From: Octopus sinensis
Taxonomy: Eukaryota
Assembly: GCF_006345805.1 (NCBI RefSeq)
Contig: NC_043003.1
Location: 84,196,001 to 84,260,000, forward strand
DNA: 64,000 bases
Direction of reading: 5' to 3'
In this document: positions 54,426 to 64,000 of the stretch, one piece after another
Layout: the number at the start of each line of letters is the position of its first letter
Numbering within the stretch: the first letter of the stretch is position 1
The notes under the pieces: model-generated
What the model saw: only the letters and a program-made list of their open reading frames with translations
Database searches by the model: none
What the model was told of the DNA's origin: nothing
Program-made: the position numbers and the translations under genes

Positions 54426-54727
54426 GGGTGCGGGCAAGCAGTATGGTTAAGAACTTTGCTTAAAGTTGCTTTTTTGAGCTAATGATTTATAACATTATCT
54501 TGGACTGAAACGAGGTAAGCAACGAAGTTTGGGTGCCGCAAGGCATGTGACTGCGATTGCATGCTTATATTTATAAGCCATCAGGCACAACGAGAGTAGG
54601 ATGTACGCCACCCTTCTTTCGAGGGAACAGTAATGCAAACACATATAATGACCGGAAAGCAAAGAGATGTACGCCGTTTGATATAAATGCGCAAAGATTG
54701 ACGATGAAAAGATATTACGAAACTATA

Positions 54728-54772
<45 letters not shown>

Positions 54773-55879
54773 ATATATATTTGTGCTCGCTCACACATAT
54801 ACACATGTGCATATAAAATAGCTTGATAGATTGTAGTCCTTGAAAGTGAAACTACAGCAATGCAAATCCTACTATAAATACAGTTACCAGAACCACTACT
54901 GCCTCTACTATAACCAGATAATACAACTATCACCACAACTACTACTACTGCTATGACCAGGCATACGATTGTCCTCACCAATACAAACTACCACCACTAT
55001 CACAATCACCAACAGAAAGAAATAAGACTGCCACCAGTACAGCTATTAATAATACCACATCAACACGAAGATACGTAATGCTGGTGGCGTTGGATGTGAA
55101 GCATTTCTAAATGCTGTTATGTCGGCCATTACAAAAAATAATACTCCATAGAAATCCACACACCAAAAAGACTTAAAATTCAGAATTAACAATGATGTTA
55201 AATGTATTACATGAATTAACAATATACACGCCGGAAAATACGTATCAGCATTGTTTATAATGCATTCATTTGTCTGGGGTTTAGCATTTTATAGTGGGAG
55301 GGAGGGATAAGGATAAGATATTTTTCTAGGTAACGCACATAGTTTGAATAATTGATCATTGAGCAACGTTGTCACAACAGTCTGTCTCTACATCAATCCA
55401 TACATGACTAGCTTTGTTTTGCTTGAATGAGAATCGATCTAGATACGTTTTTTTGATTCTTTGCTATGCACATTGTCTGTTTGTCAGTCTGTCTGTCTAT
55501 CAGTGTGCTTGTCTGTCTGTCTTTCGCTGTCTATGTGTCTATTTCTTCTTCTGTCTATTTACCAGTCTGTCTCTTTGTTCAGTTGCTTGTCTGTAAATTG
55601 TCTATATTTCTGTTTTATGATATTTGATTTTACATTGCATTTTGCGAACAATTACGTCGTTAGTTATAGGTTTCTAATGGGCCAATTATTGTTTTATTTC
55701 ATTTACGATGGTCAGAATAATAAAGGAATGCCTATGTAACTCGGAAAAACACTATTTTATCGGTTTCCTCGATGTTGCTCAGAATTTTCACCGATCCACA
55801 AGAAAAATACACACACACATGCACATACGAATGCAAATACACGCAAAAAAGGAATTTGAGTGTGTGAGACAACAGATGC

Positions 55880-55903
55880 ATAATATATATATATTATATA
55901 TAC

Positions 55904-55937
<34 letters not shown>

Positions 55938-56230
55938 CATATATATATTATACAAAAATATATAATATCATACAAATATATATAGATATACAAATAATAT
56001 ATATATATACAAATATATCTATATATATACAAATATATATATATAATACAATATATATATATATACAAATATATATATATATACAATATAATATATATAT
56101 ACAAATATATATCATTATACTACAAATATATATATATCTATATATATATCTATATATATATATATTATATATATATATATAGATAGATAGATAGATATAG
56201 ATAGATATAGATAGATAGATAGATAGTGAG
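55880..56230. repeat. (AT)n with recurring acaaat, then (AGAT)n
   Basis: Seen directly. Confidence 0.9.
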
Positions 56231-56847
56231 AAACAGAGAGAAGTTAAAAATAAGGAGAGGAAAAGGCATTAATGGCATAGAGAGAAAAAAGCGAGAAGAA
56301 AATGAAAGATAGAAAGCAGGTAGAGAGGAAATGTACAGAGAAAGGAGAAAAAGACAAAGACAAAAAGAGACATAAAGAGAGTGCAAGAGTGAGCAAGAGA
56401 GTGCGAGAGAGAGAAAGAGAGAGAAAGGTGGAAGGGAGAAAAAGAGCGAAATAGTTAAAATGCAGAGTATGATAAAATGTGCAGGAAGGGGAAATTTTAG
56501 TGAGAAGGGCAGCATCTTTGACCCTTTTCCAGTTCTTGAAAGACTAAAGGGAGAAAGCGGGAAAAGAAAGAAAGAAGGCAAGAAAGGACGGGAGGAAGGA
56601 AGAAAGGGAAGTAGGGAGGGAGGAAACGAGGAAGTTATCCATGGACTTGAGACTACATAAGATCAATGAAGAGAGACTCTGACCCACGCCATTGATTGCA
56701 ACGAAACAATTTGTCCTATGAACATGAACAAAGATTAACTCAGTATAACAAACACGGAAATAATAATAACAAATAGCGAACCAATAAAAAGAACAATAAC
56801 AAACAGCAACATCACCAACACAACAACGGCAATAAAAATAGCAAGCC

Positions 56848-57250
56848 AAAGCGGTGAGCTGGCAGAAATGTTAGCACGCCAGGCGAAATCTTTTGCGGTA
56901 TTTCGTCTGTCTTTACGTTCTGAGTTCCTATTCCGCTGAGGACGATTTCGCCTTTCATCCTTTCGAGGTCGATAAATTAAGTACCAGTTACGCACTGGGG
57001 TAGATGTAATCGATTTAATACCTATATCTGTCCCTGTTTGCCCCCTCTGTGTTTAGCTCTTTGTGGGTAATAAAGAAATAGGTATTTCGTCTGTCTTACG
57101 TTCTGAGTTCCTGTTCCGCTGAGGTCGACTTCGCCTTCCATCCTTTCGGGGTCTATAAATTAAGCACCATTTGCGTACTGGAATCGATCTAATCAACAGG
57201 ACCCCTCCCCAAAAATTTCGGGCCTTGTGCCTAGAGTAGAAAAGAATAAC
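56848..57250 (+). mobile_element. SINE A: head-body-tailB-body-tailA
   Basis: Tail B joins at ggtatt|tcgtctg; the two bodies share private changes. Confidence 0.9.
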
Positions 57251-57304
57251 GATAGCAAGCCAAAGACTGGTAGATCCTTTAGTTGGTTACTAGATCTACA
57301 AAAT

Positions 57305-57515
57305 TATTAAGCTGGCAGAATCGTTAGCACGTCGGTCAAAATGTTTAGCGGCATTTCGTCCGTCTTTACGTTCTTAGTTCAAATTCTGCGGAGGTCGACT
57401 TTGACTTTCATCCTTTTGGGTCGATAAGTACCAGGTGCATACTGGAGTCGATCTAAAAGACTGGCTCCTTCCCCCAAAATGTCAGGCCTTGCGCCTATAA
57501 TAAAAAGGATTATTA
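57305..57515 (+). mobile_element. SINE A, full length
   Basis: aagctggcagaatcgttagcacg.. through tail A. Confidence 0.85.
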
Positions 57516-58274
57516 CTAAAACTGATGCAGCAACAAGAAATAGCAGCAAAATACCCCTCAACTCACACGCTAATGCCTTTAAAATATATGAAGGACAATT
57601 ATTTTTATATACCCTCAGATACATTGTCTAAAAAAATATCTATTACAAAAGAGATGGTCATGTTTGGGGCACTTTTCATGAAGAGCCTACCTGATCGGAA
57701 CTGCTTTAGAGTTAAACATTAACAACAACATAGGTATTCACAGTAACTCAAACATTATCGCAGTCATGTAACGCCGCCATTCTTCATACAAATTGTAATG
57801 TGTATTTATACAACCAAATAAACATGGCGAACGCTCTTCCACCAACAACCGCCTATTATTCGTCCTTCACTATCACTACCGGTACGATTTGTGACATACA
57901 CCCACAACTACCACCACCAACAAAACTATTTCTATAACAAACGATAAATCCTCTAGGTGGATGCTACAGCTGCTAGGATTAGCAGCCAAAACTTCTCAAA
58001 TTACACCTTAGCCTATCAGAAAATGACACAAAATGACAAATTAGACAATGTAGTATTTGGAATCATTGCACATAGATGGGGTGGAAGAGTTAGTAATGGA
58101 TAAGATATCTTTGATTTCAGGCCTTCTGGATTAGTCTGAACCTGGGGCTAAATAATAACAACAAAAATCTCTATAAAATTTATTTATCATTCTTTCTTTA
58201 TTACCGCCATCAAATCAATTACGTTTAAGTGATTTTAAATGAATATTTAAGGGACGCATCTAAGGGACGTTCCG

Positions 58275-58474
58275 GTCTTTCAAAATGTGACCCCGTGTGT
58301 ACCGTTGGCGATTTTTTTCCCTCTGTCTTCCCTTCTCCTATGTTTCCGACGAAGAGCTCCGTTCGAAACGTTAAACCCTCCTCTTCCCTTCTTTCCTGAG
58401 CGTCCAATAATACTATATTTGTTCCACATCCTCGCATTGTTGTGTTTTTTTTGTGTTTTCTTGTTTGGATTAAC

Positions 58475-58476
<2 letters not shown>
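58275..58476 (+). mobile_element. Penelope-like terminus with hammerhead-like motif (copy 4)
   Basis: gttt-ccgacga-a-gagc-tcc-gttc-gaaacgtt-aaac at 58342-58376; the end gtttggattaacta abuts (TA)n. Confidence 0.6.
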
Positions 58477-58557
<81 letters not shown>

Positions 58558-58918
58558 TAAAATCCCTCGGATTGGTTGGAATATTTGGCCAAACGAAGAA
58601 GCAGTGGGGTAAATAAATCTAAAACTAATGTATTGATAGTGATTACATTGTGGCTCTTTAAGGCTGCTGTTATGGTAGAAGTGGTGGTGGCGCCGGCGGT
58701 GATGGTGATAGTTGCGCTCGTGGTTGTAGAAGTAGTGTTGAAGTTAATGGTGGTTGAGATGGGCTTTTTTTTTCAGTGTAGGTGTTAATATCGGTAATAG
58801 ATACATGATATGTGTGTGTATGTGTGGTGATAGTTGAGAAAGAGGAAAATAAAGAGAGAGACGAGTATGATGGAGGTAAACAAAAAAAAAAAATCTGTGA
58901 AAAAAATCAAACGCAAAA

Positions 58919-58960
<42 letters not shown>

Positions 58961-58969
58961 TATTATTAA

Positions 58970-59000
<31 letters not shown>

Positions 59001-59589
59001 GTTATTTTTATGGTGGTGGTGATAGTGGTGGTAGTGATGATTTCTGCAAAAAGGTCATGCTTTCAATAATAAATCTCTGTTCCCTTCTCTCCAACCTTTG
59101 CATACCCCAGACAACCCATCTACTTTACTATTTTCCTACCGTGTTCTTCCTACCCTAACCTTCCTCCCTTTTTTTCCTTCCTTCCTTCCTTCCTTCGCCA
59201 CCTTCACAGTAACATCCCAACCTTTAATCTACAAATAAAATAAAAGAACGACAAAATATCGAATAAAGCGTACGTTCTACTTGATCGTTCCGTACGTAAT
59301 CGGTTGAACTTAAATAATCCTAATACCGGTAGCGGAGGAATGTGTTCGCTATTGACTCAGTATTCAATGGTTCCTTTTCTGTATTTTATTAAACAACGTC
59401 AAATAAAGAGCAACAACAACAACAACAGCAACAACAACAACAGCAACAGCATCAACAGCAGTCTTGCGGTCGAAGGGATGGGAAGGTTGGCACAACGATT
59501 TCAAACAATAAAGATTACTTCTGCATCGATTTTAGCAGTTAGTTTTTCTTCTTCTTCTTCAATAATAATGATAATAAGGATTTCAAATT

Positions 59590-59790
59590 TTTGCCACAAG
59601 GGTAGCTTGGGGGTGGGAATTAAGTCGATCACATCGACCCCCAGTGCGTAACTGATACTTATTTAATCAACCCCGAAAGGATGAATGGCAAAGTCGACCT
59701 CGGCGGAATTTGAACTCAGAACGTAACGGCTGACGAAATACCGCTAAGCATTTCGCCCGCCGTGCTTAACGATTCTGCCAGCTCGCTGAC

Positions 59791-59792
<2 letters not shown>
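59590..59792 (-). mobile_element. SINE A, full length
   Basis: rc head aagtcagcgagctggcagaatcgttaagcacg. Confidence 0.9.
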
Positions 59793-59851
<59 letters not shown>

Positions 59852-59866
59852 TGATTATTATTATTA

Positions 59867-60050
59867 CGGTGGCAAGCTGGCAGAAATGTTAGCACGCCAG
59901 GCGATACGCCTAGCATTATTTCGTCTACCGCTACGCTCTGAGTTCAAATTCCGCCGAGGTAGACTTTGTCTTGCATCCCTTCGGGATATAATCGACTTTT
60001 TCCCTTCCCCGTATTTCAGGTCTTTTGCCTATAGAAGAAAGGATTATTAT
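59867..60050 (+). mobile_element. SINE A with internal deletion
   Basis: cggtggcaagctggcagaaatgttagc..gagttcaaattccgccgagg..agaaaggattatt. Confidence 0.85.
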
Positions 60051-60094
60051 TATTATTAAATTGAAAGGAAAACGATGTAAAATGTATTATCATC

Positions 60095-60300
60095 TTTTAA
60101 TTGTTTGAAGCATTAGACTGCGTCCATGCTAGAACACCCTTGAAAAAATTTGGCCGAGCGAATCTATCCCCAGTACGATTTTTAAACCCTGTACATAGTC
60201 TATCGGTCTCTTTATCGAACAGTTAAGTTACGGGACGTAAATATACAATGTCGGTTGTGAAGCGATGGTGGTGGTGGGGGGGGAGGCAAACACAGACAGA
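60095..60300 (-). mobile_element. SINE family B, 3' half
   Basis: actgcgtccatgctagaacacc..ctatcggtctc..agttacgggacgtaa. Confidence 0.75.
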
Positions 60301-60891
60301 CAGACACACACACACATGGGATAAAGCTTCTTACGAAGTCATTTAAATTCGTAAGACCTGTTTCTCGTCTTCTGAGGCGTATATATTTCCCCCAAACCCA
60401 CCCGATTGGATGCCGGTCTGTCGCAAGATTACCAATATTTGCTAGTTGAGTGGACTAGAGCAACATGAAATGAAGTGTTTTGCTCAAGAACTCATCGCAA
60501 CGCTCGGTCCAGGAATCGAAACCTCAATCTTACGAATCAAACAGGCTAACCATTAAGCCACACACGTTCACGAAGTCTAATTTATTTTTTCTTAATTTAA
60601 ATACAGCGCATCCAGGACAACATTATGCAATGAGATAATTTGTTTTTAAAGAAGGTAGTATGTAATTTGGTTGCTGTTTCTCGCATGCTGACTGGCTACA
60701 TAGAAATTCGCTTGCTTGTTCACATAGAGAATCATTTGTTGGCGCTTGACTCCTGGTTACTTGGCATTACACGAAAGAGGGAAAATGGGTTTCACAGAAT
60801 AGAACGCCAAACCGCTGACTCCAACTTCCATAGTTGATCTGGCGAAAAGCATGATGAAAGGTGAGGAAGATAGTCAGTTACCCACAAATAT

Positions 60892-60948
<57 letters not shown>

Positions 60949-61166
60949 AGAGACGCTGGGGGAAGATGGAAAAGTTTGCGAAATGCTAATGGGCCATTAG
61001 TTCAAATCATCTGATAATGTTTCTTCATGATTCTGGGCCAAACACTTAATATTTTCTACATTGCAACAGACCAGCAATCTTTAATCTCAGGCCAGAATCC
61101 TCACACAATTGACATAGAGGGGAACTCTAATTCTAATCATATGCTGTGTGCTGTGTGTGTGTGTGT

Positions 61167-61213
<47 letters not shown>

Positions 61214-61901
61214 CAGAGAAGAGAGAGAGGTGCCAACGTTAGTCTCACTATACATTAAGTATCAGCTACTATCGTTACAGGCCACAAAGAATTTCTGCAG
61301 TGTAATGGCAGAGTGGTACAATAACTTCGAAAAGATATACTCTATTACATGTATTGAGTGCCTTTTCTTTCAGACATCCCATAACACACATGTGTATATA
61401 CGCACACACATATATAAACACATACGTACACACTCGTCAACAGCCACATACTCAAACACACACACACACACATTATTATGGTTTTACTTTATGCGCAAAA
61501 CATGTGAGAGGCGATTAATTAATAGTTCGATATGTTGAGATCTTAAGAGATCAATCTTAAGATCAATCAGTAAATTAATAAATTCGCTGGCCGCCATTGA
61601 AGTACAACATTTTCTTTAGGTCACACTGACATTGCAGTAATGGATTGTCGATTTATCGCCCTTAGTGTTTTTCCTCCCTTCTTATTGCAACTCAACCTAT
61701 CCCTCATTTTAACACTACCACTTGCTGCTTTGGTCTCTAGTCCGAACAGAACTTCTGTCTGTCTTCTTTTGTTTCTTTCTTTCTTCCCACCAGTATCGGA
61801 AACCCTGAAAAGGGTCATAAGTGGTGCCCTTATCCTTTTGAGTATGCCACTAAACAAAGAAATAATTGCCCGCCCCCGAGTCCAAATCGCATGCGGTGTT
61901 T

Positions 61902-62310
61902 ATTCTTTTATTTATTTATTTTAATTCTTTTATCAGTTATAGAATTGCAGCCAAATGAGGCACCACCTTAAAGGGCTTTCAGTCGAATAAATTGATCTCA
62001 ATATTCATTTTTCGTGTTTTTTTCTTTTTTTTTCTTCTTAAAGTCTGGTATTCATTCTGTTGGTCCCCCCCCCCCGAAGTATTACATTACGGGGACGTAA
62101 ACAAACCAACAACGGTTGTCAAGCAGTGGAAGGGGGACAAACACACATATACACATACGCACACACATATATTGCACAAGCTTTCACAGTTTCCGCCAAC
62201 AAAATTCACAAACAAGGATTTGATCAGCTCGCGGCGATAGTAGTGCCACGCAGTGGGACAGAACCCAGAACTATGTGGCTGTAAAGCGAGCTTCTTAACC
62301 ACACAACCAT
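61902..62310 (-). mobile_element. SINE family B, older full length
   Basis: gtgccacgcagtgggacagaaccc..cttcttaaccacacaacc at the head end. Confidence 0.8.
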
Positions 62311-62357
62311 CAAAGTAACTGACGACGTCGCTTCGATCCTCTTTAGAATAACTTAAC

Positions 62358-62730
62358 GTGGCTGTGTGGTAAGAAGCTTGCTCCCCAACCGTATGGTTCC
62401 GGATTCAGTCCTACTGTGTGACACCTGGGGCAAGTATCTTCTACTATAGCCTCAAGCCGACCAAAGCCTTGTAAGTGGATTCGGTTGACGGAAACTGAAA
62501 GCAGCCTGTCATGTGTGTGTGCTTGTCCCCTCCCACCGCTTGACAACAGGTGCTGGTGTGTTTAAATCCCGGTAACTTAGCCCTTCAGCAAAAGACCCAT
62601 AGAATAAGTACCAGGCTTTAAAAAAAAATAAGTACTGGCGTAGATACATTCGACTGAAAATTCTTCAAGGAGGTGCCCCAGCATGGCCGCAGTCAAATGA
62701 CTGAAACAGGTAAAAGATAAAAGATAAAAA
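62358..62730 (+). mobile_element. SINE family B, full length
   Basis: gtggctgtgtggtaagaagc..cagcatggccgcagtcaaatgactgaaac. Confidence 0.9.
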
Positions 62731-63107
62731 AGAGATCGTGGTAGTTTTTTTAGGAAGAGAACTGGCTTCAATTTTTTGTAGTACTTGTCTCTAATAAGTC
62801 AAATTACGGATTACTAGAACAGAATATCTGATTGTTTAGGAAGTGACCGGGGCACCACCAAATATTTTGTCTTCATGAGGCGTTTATCGCGCTATCTTAA
62901 CCTGACGGTTCTCATACTATACGAATATTGCGTCTCCACAAGAGTATTTGAACTCAATTACGAAGTGAAACACTCTTGAATTACATGTTATTTCCTTTAT
63001 AGTTATTTATCCATGGTGCATATCAGGAGCTAGAAGCTAGATCGACGGAGACTACGAACTATTGATTGATTTATTGACTGACACCCGATCAAATCTATTA
63101 GTTTCAG

Positions 63108-63148
<41 letters not shown>

Positions 63149-64000
63149 AAGAAAAGGAAGTTACATAGCCAACAGCAATACACCTATCAGCACTGATATA
63201 AAAAAAAAAGCACTTCCATAAGCTAACTACAGAGTTAATAGTAATATAGTTAACGGTTACATAGCTAACAGAAACAAAGCTAAGTTATAAATCTATTAGT
63301 TATATGGTTAGTAACGAAGCTCACAATAATATTATGACTGAGGGGCGTACGTTGTTTATACAACTCATGTCCATACAGAAAGTACCTCTGCGAGATTTCT
63401 CCCAGTCAGTCTTTTAATATATCATAGCACTGAGTGTTTGTTTACTTAAACACTATCTATTTCTCAGTTATATAAAACCTATTAAGTAAAATAAGAGACT
63501 AATACTCGAAGAGGAGGTCTAACAAAGACAGAATTATCTAACGGTTTACTCCCAGACTTGCCAAAGATCGGACTCACTTCACATTAAATGTCTACATTTA
63601 ACTTCACTAGGGATGCAATTGTAATTAACATTTTTTAGCTCACATGTTAGTTTCGAATTAATTAACAGTAATATAACGAACAGTACCATAATTAAAAGTA
63701 ACAATACCATAGGTTAATTTTTTAATTGAAGTTATATATATCTATTGGGCCGCTAAAATTAGCAAGTGCACCAAGATTTAGCCAAGTCAACGAGGCGACG
63801 TTTAGTTAATTAGGAAGACTTTAAGTCGTTGCATGGACGGCTAGAAATGATAGCCATACCTCCTTTAAACCACATTTTGTCGCTTTAAAAAAGAACATAT
63901 TTAATAATGTGATTCTATGTATGAAACAGAAAAGTCGGGAAGGTCATGGATAGAATGTCTGACTAGATCTATTCGGTCAAAGCTGATTTGAGACTAACCA

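Overview
AT-rich, microsatellite-dense eukaryotic genomic DNA. I could not recognise any protein-coding gene. The supplied ORFs are almost all simple-repeat translations or chance frames. The repeat complement (several tRNA/CORE-type SINE families, RTE LINE relics, TA- and TTAA-flanked MITEs) matches what I recall from Octopus/cephalopod genomes; this is recall, not a database search. The window looks like a large intron or intergenic tract. It contains: (i) about 15 copies of a tRNA-derived SINE (family A) with two alternative 3' tails; (ii) about 14 copies of a CORE-type SINE (family B) plus two further interspersed families; (iii) RTE LINE fragments; (iv) Tc1/mariner, piggyBac and Helentron-like non-autonomous elements; (v) four copies of a Penelope-like terminus carrying a minimal hammerhead-ribozyme-like motif; (vi) a 5S rRNA pseudogene; (vii) CpG-rich patches that may be promoters or enhancers. 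The most notable observations are the hammerhead-like motif, a SINE tail module that repeatedly joins its own family at one fixed site, a diverged 354-bp tandem duplication with codon-like divergence, and a ~47-bp repeat/spacer-like array.
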